Below are positions 26,671-36,243 of a stretch of 50,912 nt of DNA, piece by piece. Each line of letters begins with the position of its first letter. The first letter of the stretch is position 1. This DNA comes from a virus. Lineage: Duplodnaviria > Caudoviricetes. The notes beneath the pieces are model-generated. The model saw only the letters and a program-made list of their open reading frames with translations, did no database searches and was not told where the DNA came from. Made by a program: the position numbers and the translations under genes. The stretch lies in the IMG/VR virus record IMGVR_UViG_3300042923_000119, positions 1 to 50,912 of that record, one strand, 5' to 3'.

Positions 26671-28143
26671 ATGAGCAAGAAAAAACAAGCTGTCAAAAGG
26701 CAGCCTACTACAAAAGATACAATTAAAAGAAAATCCACACAAGATTCGTTTTCTAACGCATTAGGACGTTTAGGCATGGATCAACCCGGAATGATGGGTG
26801 CTACTGATTATACTTTAACAAGACTTACAAGAAATTATAATTTACTTAATACACTCTATCGTAATTCATGGATAGCTAAAAAAGTTATTGAAACAATCCC
26901 CGGTGATATGGTTAAGAATTGGTTTTCAATTACGGCAGACTTGAAACCTGAGATTACTGACCGCTATAATGACTTAGAACAACGCACATGTACTAAAGAT
27001 AAAATAAATGAGGGTTTGTGTTGGGGAGATTTATATGGTGGTGCTGCCGCAATTATGATGATTGCAGGCGAAGAAGATTTGCTAGACCAACCGCTTGAAA
27101 TTGACAATATAATGCCAAATAGTTATTGTGGATTATTAATCGTTGATAGATGGTCGGGAATATATCCGGGGATTGAACGTATTGAGGATATCCGTGATCC
27201 AGAGTTTGGATTACCTATCTGGTATGAAGTCCGAGATGTTACTAAAGACAATGCGATGGTTAAAGTACATCATAGCCGTGTGTTACGGTTTTGTGGTCGC
27301 AGATTACCATATTGGGAAAACATGGCTGAAATTGGTTGGGGAGCATCACAGCTAGAACATGTATTTGATGAACTTGCAAAACGTGATAATACATCGTGGA
27401 ATATTGCAAGTTTAGTATTTCAAGCTAATTTAATCGTTAATAAAGTTACTGACTTTGACCAAATAACAGCAGCAACTGATCCAGACGTACAACGAGATTT
27501 TTATGCTGTTAAATCAGCACAGAACCAAATGAGAAATAATAATGGCATGATGATTATAGGTGATAAAGACGAAGTGTCTGCAATGAATTATACTTTTGCT
27601 GGACTTAATGATATATATGAAAGTCAGATGTTAGATATTGCAGGAGCATCAGATATTCCAGTAACTAAACTGTTTGGACGAGCACCTGCTGGAATGAATG
27701 CAACTGGCGAATCAGATCTACAAAACTATTACGATATGGTATCACAACGCCAAGAATCACAATTAAAGCCTATTATAAATAAATTACTACCAGTTATGTT
27801 CATGAGCGAGTTTGGACAAGTGCCTGATGATTTAGGAATAAGATTTAATGCAATCCAAACACCTACAGAGGACAAAATGGCTGATATTGTCGCAAAGAAA
27901 ACAACTTGTATATATGGAGCATATGACAATGGTATTATAAGCCAGCAAATGGCATTGAAAGAACTGCAAGAGTTGTCGTATACTACTAATATGTTTAGCA
28001 GTATAACTAATGAAATAGTTGAAGCTGCAAGTGATGACATTACTCCTAAAGGAGAAACTGACCTAGTAGGTGAAAATTATGGACTGGAAACCCCAACGCA
28101 GAATAGAAACGGATTACCAGAAGCTACTAACGAACCTATTTAA
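26671..28143 (+). CDS. portal protein (DUF1073 type)
   Basis: LY..SWIA.K.I, HHSRVLRF, IPVTKLFGR.P.GMNATGESD..NYYD. Confidence 0.92.
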   Translation: MSKKKQAVKRQPTTKDTIKRKSTQDSFSNALGRLGMDQPGMMGATDYTLTRLTRNYNLLNTLYRNSWIAKKVIETIPGDMVKNWFSITADLKPEITDRYNDLEQRTCTKDKINEGLCWGDLYGGAAAIMMIAGEEDLLDQPLEIDNIMPNSYCGLLIVDRWSGIYPGIERIEDIRDPEFGLPIWYEVRDVTKDNAMVKVHHSRVLRFCGRRLPYWENMAEIGWGASQLEHVFDELAKRDNTSWNIASLVFQANLIVNKVTDFDQITAATDPDVQRDFYAVKSAQNQMRNNNGMMIIGDKDEVSAMNYTFAGLNDIYESQMLDIAGASDIPVTKLFGRAPAGMNATGESDLQNYYDMVSQRQESQLKPIINKLLPVMFMSEFGQVPDDLGIRFNAIQTPTEDKMADIVAKKTTCIYGAYDNGIISQQMALKELQELSYTTNMFSSITNEIVEAASDDITPKGETDLVGENYGLETPTQNRNGLPEATNEPI

Positions 28144-28891
28144 TAGATTTAGTACGCAGGTTATAACATCGCGTAAACGTGATGCAATTATGAATATGGC
28201 AAATAAAATGATTAAATCAAAATGGTTTAATCATTATGCTACAACAGCAGCTTATAGAATGATAACAATGACTAGAAAAGATACTGGCAAGTCGTGGCGA
28301 CAAGCTGCACGAAATTCAACGCATGGCAGAAAAGTATTCGAATTACTTCGCAATGAGACAGATAACGATAAGACATTTCAAGAACTATTATCAAGAAACG
28401 TACACTATATTAAGTCAGCACCAATTGATATGGCTGAAAGAATGGTTACCCATATATCAGAAGCACAAATTGCAGGTAGACGACCAGAACAGATTGCTAG
28501 TGAATTAAAAGAGCTATTCCCACACATGACTAAGGGTAAGGCTCAATTAATTGCTAGAACAGAATCTGCTAAAGCATCATCTGAATTAGTGCAGTCTAGA
28601 GCTGAACGATTAGGTTTTAACTGGTATATATGGTATAGTGTTCAAGATCAACGTGTACGCTCATCACACAAGCATATGCAAGGGGTATTAGTTAATTATA
28701 ACGATCCACCTTCGCCAGAAGCGTTAGCAGACGAAAAGTCATATGGTCATTACAATGCAGGCGAAATATTTAATTGTAGATGCTTTGCAAGTGTGGTATT
28801 TGATATTAATGAAATTAGTTTTCCCCATAAAGTTTATCATGCAGGTAGCATTCAGATGATGACTAAAGCTAAATTCAAGGAGATAATGTAG
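28070..28891 (+). CDS. minor head protein (Mu gpF/SPP1 gp7-like)
   Basis: AQLIARTE, W....D.RVR.SH, G...NCRC. Confidence 0.9.
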   Translation: MKIMDWKPQRRIETDYQKLLTNLFNRFSTQVITSRKRDAIMNMANKMIKSKWFNHYATTAAYRMITMTRKDTGKSWRQAARNSTHGRKVFELLRNETDNDKTFQELLSRNVHYIKSAPIDMAERMVTHISEAQIAGRRPEQIASELKELFPHMTKGKAQLIARTESAKASSELVQSRAERLGFNWYIWYSVQDQRVRSSHKHMQGVLVNYNDPPSPEALADEKSYGHYNAGEIFNCRCFASVVFDINEISFPHKVYHAGSIQMMTKAKFKEIM

Positions 28892-28893
28892 TT

Positions 28894-29238
28894 ATGAAAG
28901 TCGTTAGGATACTAGATGAATTCAGAGTAATTGTTGATTATGGATATAAACATGGTGCTAGAAAAGATGATATTTTAACAATAAAATCTAAAATAGGGAT
29001 ACCGATACATGATTGCGATACTCACGAATATTTAGGAACGTATTTTAATGAAAAGGCAACAATATCCCCGTCGATTATTTATGATAATATGTCGATTTGC
29101 GTAAATGAAAAAACAAACACATATTACGAACGATTAAACGTTAGCCATACACAGATTAGTTGTTGCGATAATGATAAAATAATTAATTTATGTGATCCAG
29201 TTTATTTAATTGATAAAAATAGGAAATATATAGTATAA
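28894..29238 (+). CDS. hypothetical protein
   Basis: 114-aa ORF directly after the minor head gene. Confidence 0.6.
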   Translation: MKVVRILDEFRVIVDYGYKHGARKDDILTIKSKIGIPIHDCDTHEYLGTYFNEKATISPSIIYDNMSICVNEKTNTYYERLNVSHTQISCCDNDKIINLCDPVYLIDKNRKYIV

Positions 29239-29324
29239 TACATATGTGGCTAGGTTATGCAGACCGAACGGAGATAGCCTGTCTCCTGCCACGTATATAA
29301 GGCAAATAATACTAAGGCGGTGTT
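29210..29324 (+). promoter_or_regulatory. sigma-A-like promoter plus three-way-junction RNA leader
   Basis: TTGATA-18-TATAAT (29210-39); stems ATATGTGGC/GCCACGTAT, GGTT/GACC, GGAGATA/TGTCTCC. Confidence 0.55.
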
Positions 29325-29828
29325 ATGATGTTTAATCTATTTAAAAGTAATGTGCCAAGTGAAGAAACTAAACAAATGGTTCAAGGGATTAGTGATGGTT
29401 TTAATCGCATAAAAGAAAATGAAATAAAAAGAGCACAAGAACCAATTATTGATAGTTGTTGTGAATCATTTGGTTTCGCTAACAATTTAATTATTGAATT
29501 ACGTAATCATAGTTTGAATGTTAAGAGATATGCACTAACCCAAAAAGAAGAAATGACAATGCGAGTTGATGAATTATTTGTGTTGAAACGTTTTTTAGAT
29601 AGAAACATGAATTCTAAAAACAATATTAATAAACAACAAGTTAATGCATTATTTTATGATTTACTTAATAAATTTGAAACTACTTGCAAAATGGTAATAG
29701 ATCAAAATGATATGATGCATCCAGACAGTATTAAAGGTAATCCAGAAATAATAGAAAAGAATATTGAAGAATGGAAGAGAAAATTTTCTATCGCTATGGG
29801 TGAGGTGCATCATAATGGAATGGATTAG
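29325..29828 (+). CDS. hypothetical protein
   Basis: AAGGCGG RBS. Confidence 0.6.
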   Translation: MMFNLFKSNVPSEETKQMVQGISDGFNRIKENEIKRAQEPIIDSCCESFGFANNLIIELRNHSLNVKRYALTQKEEMTMRVDELFVLKRFLDRNMNSKNNINKQQVNALFYDLLNKFETTCKMVIDQNDMMHPDSIKGNPEIIEKNIEEWKRKFSIAMGEVHHNGMD

Positions 29829-30036
29829 CATAAAAGATAGATTGCCAGAAGTGGGAGTAAAATTATTATTAGCTTGGCGTTATGCATGGTATTCTTCTTC
29901 AAAAGAGCCAAGTTTTCATTTTGGTATATGGGATGGAAAATGTTTTCATGGTTTAAATAGTAATCAGCCTTTTGCAACACCAGATTATTGGAGTATCATA
30001 GAACCACTACCAGAACCGCCAAAGGATGTGATATGA
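29815..30036 (+). CDS. DUF551-like protein
   Basis: MEWISIKDRLPE...W....PLPEPPK. Confidence 0.75.
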   Translation: MEWISIKDRLPEVGVKLLLAWRYAWYSSSKEPSFHFGIWDGKCFHGLNSNQPFATPDYWSIIEPLPEPPKDVI

Positions 30037-30239
30037 TGGAATGGATAGATATAAAAGATAGATTGCCTGAATCATTTACACATGTTTTAGCGTATATTCA
30101 ACCTTGTTTTTATTACGTGGTTTATTTAGATACAAATAAAAACAGATGGCGAGAAGGTGGAGTTGGTGGTATGGAATTTGAATTAAATAAATTATCTCAT
30201 TGGATGCCGCTACCAGAACCGCCAAAGGAGAATAGTTAA
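30033..30239 (+). CDS. DUF551-like protein
   Basis: MEWIDIKDRLPE...SHWMPLPEPPK. Confidence 0.8.
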   Translation: MMEWIDIKDRLPESFTHVLAYIQPCFYYVVYLDTNKNRWREGGVGGMEFELNKLSHWMPLPEPPKENS

Positions 30240-30240
30240 T

Positions 30241-30432
30241 ATGAGTAAATTAGTTATATTACATGATCAACAAGATAATGGTAATATAGCATTAAACCCA
30301 GAATTAGTTATGTATATATTAGATTATGGTAGGTATAGATTAATTAAACTTGATAAATGTAATGATATGAGTTTAAAAATTTCAGAATCAGTAGAACAAG
30401 CAACTATGCTTATAAATAAGGCGTTAGAGTAA
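30241..30432 (+). CDS. small FlbD/SwrD-like protein
   Basis: IALNPELV..I.......I.L.......ISESVEQ. Confidence 0.5.
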   Translation: MSKLVILHDQQDNGNIALNPELVMYILDYGRYRLIKLDKCNDMSLKISESVEQATMLINKALE

Positions 30433-30629
30433 TGAAATACTGTAAATATTGCAATAGACAAGTTAGACCTATATCAAATCGCAAAGGTGTAAACTGGCTA
30501 CTAGTAATAGCATTGACATTGCTAAGTTGTGGCATATTCCTTGCTATCTATTTAGCCTATAAACTATTATGTGGCATGTTTAGAAGTAGCGAAGATTGTG
30601 TTTGTCCAATATGTAACGCTAAGTTATGA
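30432..30629 (+). CDS. Zn-ribbon membrane protein (LITAF-like architecture)
   Basis: CxxC - hydrophobic segment - CPxC. Confidence 0.65.
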   Translation: MKYCKYCNRQVRPISNRKGVNWLLVIALTLLSCGIFLAIYLAYKLLCGMFRSSEDCVCPICNAKL

Positions 30630-30638
30630 GGTGATATT

Positions 30639-31280
30639 ATGATTGATGCTGTTAAATTAATAAATGAAATTGATGAATTCAATAAAAAATCATTAAATAA
30701 AATACAATTATCAATTGAAAGAGAAATTAATGAATATCGTGCATTTGGACATACTTTTCCTTTTATGATACCGCCACCAGAAAACTATAAGTTTGTTTTT
30801 GAAATATTTAACCATAAAGGGAATAAAGAAAGTTCAACTACAGTTTATGAAGATTATGCTAATGAAGCGTTACAAATGGATAAACTTATTTGTAATAATG
30901 CAGATTTAATGTTAAAAATACATAATCATATTATAGACAATTGTTATTCAATCATAGAACAACATAAAAAATCATGTATAGAATGGGAAAATTATTTATT
31001 TAATTGGGACAAACGTTGTTATTTAAGCATTTATAAGACATATGAAGATGCTGTTAGTGCAAAAGAGAAATTCCAAAATAGTTTATTATCAAAAATAAAA
31101 GATAGTTTAAAAACATATAATCCTGTAGTTTTAGAAGAAATAAATTCATTAAATAAATCAATAAAAAATAATCGTGAACAAATAAAAAAGTTTTCCGAAT
31201 TATTGTTTGACAAAGGGATTAGATTAAAATGCTTTCAATCGTTTAATGATGAAATATTATATAACTTTGATTTAAACTAA
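30639..31280 (+). CDS. hypothetical protein
   Basis: GAGGTG RBS; very AT-rich; followed by a terminator at ~31297-31330. Confidence 0.6.
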   Translation: MIDAVKLINEIDEFNKKSLNKIQLSIEREINEYRAFGHTFPFMIPPPENYKFVFEIFNHKGNKESSTTVYEDYANEALQMDKLICNNADLMLKIHNHIIDNCYSIIEQHKKSCIEWENYLFNWDKRCYLSIYKTYEDAVSAKEKFQNSLLSKIKDSLKTYNPVVLEEINSLNKSIKNNREQIKKFSELLFDKGIRLKCFQSFNDEILYNFDLN

Positions 31281-31350
31281 TTTAATATGATTAACAAAGA
31301 ACACTTATGTTTAGGTGTTCTTTTTATTTTGCCCAAAAGGAGATAATACA

Positions 31351-31776
31351 ATGACACGATATACACAAGCAATAACAGTTGATAGTAATTATATGTATAC
31401 ATTATTGATTAAACGCAATAATGAACCAAGTAAAGGGTTATTGTCTGGCGTTGGCGGACACATTGAAGAAAATGAATCTCCTGAGAATTGTATGATTCGC
31501 GAATGGGCCGAAGAAGTTGGTTCACCATTGCCGGAAGATGCACACATGGTTAAATTAATGACGCAGATCCTTCCAGATTGTGAAAATCATATATTTGGAA
31601 TCATATTGCCACAAGTTGATATTTATTTTATGCACGAAGACGATACCGACAATGAAGGTTTAATACGATGGCATCATATATCGGGTGAAAATATCATGGA
31701 TATTAATAATAAAAATGTTGCATGGGATGGAATTATCCCGCTATGTTTAAATTTACTACGCAAGGAGATGATGTGA
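31351..31776 (+). CDS. NUDIX hydrolase
   Basis: Nudix box GGHIEENESPENCMIREWAEEVG. Confidence 0.88.
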   Translation: MTRYTQAITVDSNYMYTLLIKRNNEPSKGLLSGVGGHIEENESPENCMIREWAEEVGSPLPEDAHMVKLMTQILPDCENHIFGIILPQVDIYFMHEDDTDNEGLIRWHHISGENIMDINNKNVAWDGIIPLCLNLLRKEMM

Positions 31777-31777
31777 A

Positions 31778-32020
31778 ATGGATAATGAATTGTATTGCCC
31801 TTATTACAATGCAGGCACAGGGAAATATGCAAATAGAGATACATTGACTAACACGATTATAGAATGTCCTGAATGTGGATTTAAAAGTATATCGATAGCA
31901 TTTAGTTTGCAAAAGATAAAGCCACTTTCGATAAATATTGAAATTAATGATGAAAAATTAAAAGAAATTAAAGAAATGTTAGATAATCAAAGAAATGATA
32001 TGCGAGGTGCTATGGTATGA
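31778..32020 (+). CDS. hypothetical Zn-ribbon protein
   Basis: CP...CPECG. Confidence 0.55.
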   Translation: MDNELYCPYYNAGTGKYANRDTLTNTIIECPECGFKSISIAFSLQKIKPLSINIEINDEKLKEIKEMLDNQRNDMRGAMV

Positions 32021-32250
32021 AATGCCCACAATGCGAAACAGACATAACCCCATTATATAAGTCATCAATACAACTTAGTTACATAGCATTATTTATTATC
32101 TCTGCAATCACGCAGGGATATTTTTTAATCCCTTATGGTTTGTTTAGGCTATATTCAATATTTTTCACAGGAGAACATCATTGCCCGTTATGCAATCATA
32201 ATTTTGGGAGGGCAACTAAGTACTTTGATAGACAAATTATGAGGAGGTGA
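32017..32250 (+). CDS. Zn-ribbon membrane protein, paralog of 30432-30629
   Basis: CPQC - hydrophobic segment - CPLC. Confidence 0.65.
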   Translation: MKCPQCETDITPLYKSSIQLSYIALFIISAITQGYFLIPYGLFRLYSIFFTGEHHCPLCNHNFGRATKYFDRQIMRR

Positions 32251-32363
32251 TCATCTCTATACAGGGACAAGCCCCCTGATGTTAATGAAAGGAGCATTCG
32301 GTACATATTTATATTTTACAATAGGAACTACACGAAGCGTAGTAATTTAAGGGAGGAAACAAA

Positions 32364-32906
32364 ATGGCATTAGATTTAAACGTAATAACTTCGGCTGGTA
32401 GTAAAACTAGTACAGAAGGTATTTATTCAACTTACGGGATCACAGGAGTAGCAAATACACCGGCCGCAACACCAACCGATGTATTTATCTTAAATGGGTC
32501 CGCAACAAAAACAATTAAAATTAAAAGAGTAACAGTATCAGGTCTTGCAACAACAGCAGGTAGCATGAATGTATCGCTTGTTAAACGTACAGTAGTTAAT
32601 ACAGCAGGAACCTCAACAGCTCCTAGTATTGCACAATTTGATAGTTTAGACGCATCCGCAACAGCAGTTCCTAAATTATATACTGCAAATCCATCCGCAT
32701 TAGGTGCAGGAGTTTCATTATCTTCTCAAACATTAAATTTTGGTGTAGCTGGTGCAGCTGGTACAGTTATTTTTGATTTTGCTAATCGCAACGATAAAGC
32801 AATTTATTTACATGGAGTTGCAGAAGGCTTGGCAATTAATTTAAATGGTGGAGCAGTTCCATCTGGCGGTACATTTGGTTATACGATCGAATTTGAAGAA
32901 ATCTAA
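32364..32906 (+). CDS. probable virion structural/decoration protein
   Basis: Strong GGAGG RBS; Thr/Ala/Gly-rich beta protein first in the head operon. Confidence 0.6.
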   Translation: MALDLNVITSAGSKTSTEGIYSTYGITGVANTPAATPTDVFILNGSATKTIKIKRVTVSGLATTAGSMNVSLVKRTVVNTAGTSTAPSIAQFDSLDASATAVPKLYTANPSALGAGVSLSSQTLNFGVAGAAGTVIFDFANRNDKAIYLHGVAEGLAINLNGGAVPSGGTFGYTIEFEEI

Positions 32907-32919
32907 CAGGGGTGATTAA

Positions 32920-34179
32920 ATGCTATATTATGGCGATAAGATATCCCCTAACATGGTCAAAACTCCAGAAGGATATTTAATATGTAAGAATGTAAATCTT
33001 GGGCGTACGGGAACAATGGATTATTTAGGCAGTGAATTACCACAAGAATTTAACTTACCATCAAACGAAATATTTCATGTGTCTAGAACAGCCGATAATT
33101 TATTTTCTAAAGAGACTATTGCAAGTTTTGAAGGTAAACCAATTACGGATAATCATCCAACTAACAATTTAACAGTTGATACAGCGTCAGTTATAGGACG
33201 TGGGCATGTACAAAATGTTCATCCTGCTGGCGTTTTTTTAGTTGGAGATTTATATATAACCGATAACGGACTAATTAATCAGATTGAAAATAACAACAAA
33301 AGAGAAGTTTCGTGTGGATATGACGCAGGTTGGCGTATGAACGAAGACGGTAAGATTGAACAAATTGATATTGTCGGGAATCATGTTGCTGTCGTAAATT
33401 CAGGACGAGCAGGTCACTCAGTTGCGATTAAAGATTCTAGTCCAGAAATTAAAAAAAATATTGGAGGAAATAAAATGACAATTACAAAGAAAATGTTAAC
33501 GGCATTAGGGTTTAAACATTTTGCCGCTGATGCTGAACCAGAAGAAATTGCTAAAGCAATGGACGCTATAGGCGATGAAGAAGCACCTCAAAAAACTACA
33601 GTTACAAAAGATGATGATGTGGCTATTCAAAAACAAGAACCAGAACAAAAAGTTGATCCAATGATAGAAGTTAACGCTAAAATTGATAAATTAGCATCTA
33701 TTATTAGTGCTCTTGTAGAGTCTGATAAAAAAGTACATGAAGAAGCTGGAGCTAAAGAAGCTTTTGATGACCTTGAAGGAGAACTTGGAAAGCCGGAAGA
33801 TGAAGAAACTTTAGAAGATGAACAAAAAGAAACACCTGATGTGCAAGAAGAAGAAGAAAATACAGGTGAAGAAGAACATGAATTTGCCAATGACGAAGAA
33901 GCAGTTAAAAAGATCGTCAAAGATATGAAACCTATTATTATGAATATTAAAGATAAAATTGTACGTGACGCGGTTGCTAAAGAATTCGTTAAAACAGTAC
34001 GTGATAGCCGCCCTACCGGCAAGAATGGGTATTCACAAATTGCTAAAAATGTATCCGCAACTCGTAAAGTAGCACTTGACAAAGCAACGACTCCTACAAC
34101 AGGAAATCTATACAAAGCCGTAGACGCAGCTAGTGCATGGGCAAATTACGGTAAAACATTATCAAAGGGGGATAAATAA
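32920..34179 (+). CDS. prohead protease/scaffold (DUF2213)
   Basis: TPEGYLIC..V...RTG...Y, SFEGKPITDNHP, REVSCGY, GNHVAVV..GRAG; acidic scaffold C-terminus. Confidence 0.9.
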   Translation: MLYYGDKISPNMVKTPEGYLICKNVNLGRTGTMDYLGSELPQEFNLPSNEIFHVSRTADNLFSKETIASFEGKPITDNHPTNNLTVDTASVIGRGHVQNVHPAGVFLVGDLYITDNGLINQIENNNKREVSCGYDAGWRMNEDGKIEQIDIVGNHVAVVNSGRAGHSVAIKDSSPEIKKNIGGNKMTITKKMLTALGFKHFAADAEPEEIAKAMDAIGDEEAPQKTTVTKDDDVAIQKQEPEQKVDPMIEVNAKIDKLASIISALVESDKKVHEEAGAKEAFDDLEGELGKPEDEETLEDEQKETPDVQEEEENTGEEEHEFANDEEAVKKIVKDMKPIIMNIKDKIVRDAVAKEFVKTVRDSRPTGKNGYSQIAKNVSATRKVALDKATTPTTGNLYKAVDAASAWANYGKTLSKGDK

Positions 34180-34181
34180 TT

Positions 34182-34757
34182 ATGCCAGTATCAGTAATTG
34201 GAAGAAATTTAGGATTAGGTTATGCAGGTAAGGTATCTCGTAATCCGTACAATAAAATTAATGCTCGTATGGTAAAAAGTATTCTTGATGGCAATAGTGC
34301 TGAAACACAACCAGTGATTCCTTTTGGAGCTGCAGTGTTAACAAATACCGATAATACATATTCGAAATTTGGCGCATCTGGATCAGGCGTATCTGCATCA
34401 ACAATGGCAAACTTCGCAGGGATTGCAGTATCAGAAGTTAAACAGGGTATGACATATAGCTATGGAGCAAATACAACGGCTGGTAGTTACGAACCGGGTC
34501 GCCCTTGCGATGTATTACAAATGGGGACAACTACAATTATTATCCAGTCTGGTACACCTGTAGCAAATGGTCAACTAGGCATTGTTACGGTTGCAGGTTC
34601 TACGCTTTCAGCAGGCGATTTTACAGCAGAAGCAGCAGGCACAGCAACTGATGGATCAACCGTTATTGCTGTAACTGGTGCTAAATTCACAAGTGGCAAA
34701 ATTGATTCCGCGACAGGGATTGCCGAAGTAGTATTGTTAACGCAATTGAACGCGTAA
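34182..34757 (+). CDS. capsid cement/decoration protein
   Basis: G.GYAG..S, I.FG.AV; lies between scaffold and MCP. Confidence 0.75.
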   Translation: MPVSVIGRNLGLGYAGKVSRNPYNKINARMVKSILDGNSAETQPVIPFGAAVLTNTDNTYSKFGASGSGVSASTMANFAGIAVSEVKQGMTYSYGANTTAGSYEPGRPCDVLQMGTTTIIIQSGTPVANGQLGIVTVAGSTLSAGDFTAEAAGTATDGSTVIAVTGAKFTSGKIDSATGIAEVVLLTQLNA

Positions 34758-34772
34758 GAGGAGGATAAATAA

Positions 34773-35840
34773 ATGGGTAAAGTTACACAATCACAAGTAA
34801 TGGATGCAATCGCAGCAGCAAAAAGTCAAGGAATCATCGTCCCTTCAATGGGCGCATATAGTCAAGTACATGATGCTAGTGGTGGCACTGGAACAGGCAT
34901 GGCATTCTTAGTAGGCGAACTTGAAAAACAAGATCCTAAATTGCTAGAACCAATGACAAGTATTACAGCACCGCGCGATATTGATATGATCCCCGGCGGT
35001 GGTTGGGTTGATATTACATCAAATGTATTTGTTCATTATGCAACTAGTGGATCAGATGAAGATTCTATCGGCGCAGGCGAAACAAATAACATTCCAGTTT
35101 CTACTGCAAATATCAGTAAAGATGTATTTAAAGTGCATACATTCATGGAAAACCTTAAAATTCCAATTTATGATGACTTAAAACTACAACAAATCGGTAA
35201 ATCATTAAGTCAAATTCTTGATGATGGTTTACGTTTAAATTTCAATAAATTACTTGATCGTAATGTATATGTCGGTATTTCTAAAACAGGTACATATGGC
35301 CTTGTAAATAATCCATTAGTAATAGCTACAAACGCAGCTTTAAACCAAGCTGGTACGTCTCGCCTATGGACGCAGAAAACTCCACTTGAAATTATGGCAG
35401 ATGTAAATACAGCTATTAATACTACGTGGGCACAGAGTGAATATGACTTAGATGGTATGGCAAATCACATTTTGATTGATCCTGCAAACTTTGCATATAT
35501 CACAAATACTCCTGTTACTGTCGCAGGTACACAAAGTATTTTAAATTATTTACTTGAAAATAATATCGCAACTTCACAAGGCAGAAAAATGGATATTTTC
35601 CCTTCGAGATGGTGCGGTGATAATTCAGGAGCGACTAAACCGGGTGTTGGTGGTACAAATCGTATGGTTGCATATGTAAAATTACCTAAACGTGTTAATA
35701 TTGATTTACCTGTACCACTTAGCAGAGTTATGCAAGGCCCTAACACTTCACAAGGAAGTTATGAAACATTGTATGCTGGACAGTTCTCGCAAACCAAAAT
35801 TCTTGCACCTACAGCATGTGCTTACTATGATGGGATTTAA
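34773..35840 (+). CDS. major capsid protein (DUF2184 type)
   Basis: FLVGELEK.DP.L.EP, YGLVNNP, W..KTP.EI..D.N, GT.RMVAY, YYDGI. Confidence 0.9.
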   Translation: MGKVTQSQVMDAIAAAKSQGIIVPSMGAYSQVHDASGGTGTGMAFLVGELEKQDPKLLEPMTSITAPRDIDMIPGGGWVDITSNVFVHYATSGSDEDSIGAGETNNIPVSTANISKDVFKVHTFMENLKIPIYDDLKLQQIGKSLSQILDDGLRLNFNKLLDRNVYVGISKTGTYGLVNNPLVIATNAALNQAGTSRLWTQKTPLEIMADVNTAINTTWAQSEYDLDGMANHILIDPANFAYITNTPVTVAGTQSILNYLLENNIATSQGRKMDIFPSRWCGDNSGATKPGVGGTNRMVAYVKLPKRVNIDLPVPLSRVMQGPNTSQGSYETLYAGQFSQTKILAPTACAYYDGI

Positions 35841-35874
35841 GGTAAACAATTAAAATAGAATAAATGATTGTTAT

Positions 35875-35906
35875 AAGGATGACTTAATTGTCATCCTTAA
35901 ATTTTT
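35875..35906 (+). terminator. terminator after MCP
   Basis: AAGGATGAC-TTAATT-GTCATCCTT followed by a T tract. Confidence 0.6.
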
Positions 35907-35919
35907 AGGGGGAAAATAA

Positions 35920-36240
35920 ATGATTAGTGTTTTAGCAGATAGATGTTTAGCGTTTGACCGTGGTGAAAAAGATAGCCATGGCGTATTACAAAAAATTCAT
36001 GTGAATATTGGTTTTAATGATGTTCCTGACTGGGTTGAAAAAACAGATTATTTTCAAGCAGCATTAAAAGATAAAATTATTCATGTTGCTAGTAAACATA
36101 AAGATGAAGATGCTGTAAAAGCATTAGAAGAAAATCAAAAATTACAATTAAGAGTAAAAGAACTTGAAGAAAAACTAGAAAAGCAAGAAACAGTTGATGA
36201 AATTACTCGTAAAGCAGGCCGCCCTAAAAAAGGAGAATAA
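35920..36240 (+). CDS. head-associated hypothetical protein
   Basis: VPDWV...YF..A..D; ends GRPKK. Confidence 0.7.
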   Translation: MISVLADRCLAFDRGEKDSHGVLQKIHVNIGFNDVPDWVEKTDYFQAALKDKIIHVASKHKDEDAVKALEENQKLQLRVKELEEKLEKQETVDEITRKAGRPKKGE

Positions 36241-36243
36241 ACC

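Noticed and set aside
26671-28143. Anti-CBASS Acb1 label sometimes attached to DUF1073 proteins
   Set aside because: Size, motifs and position after terL show a plain portal with no extra phosphoesterase domain visible
33627-34115. 162-aa minus-strand Ser-rich ORF and other antisense ORFs in structural genes
   Set aside because: Antisense shadows of Glu/Asp-rich coding sequence
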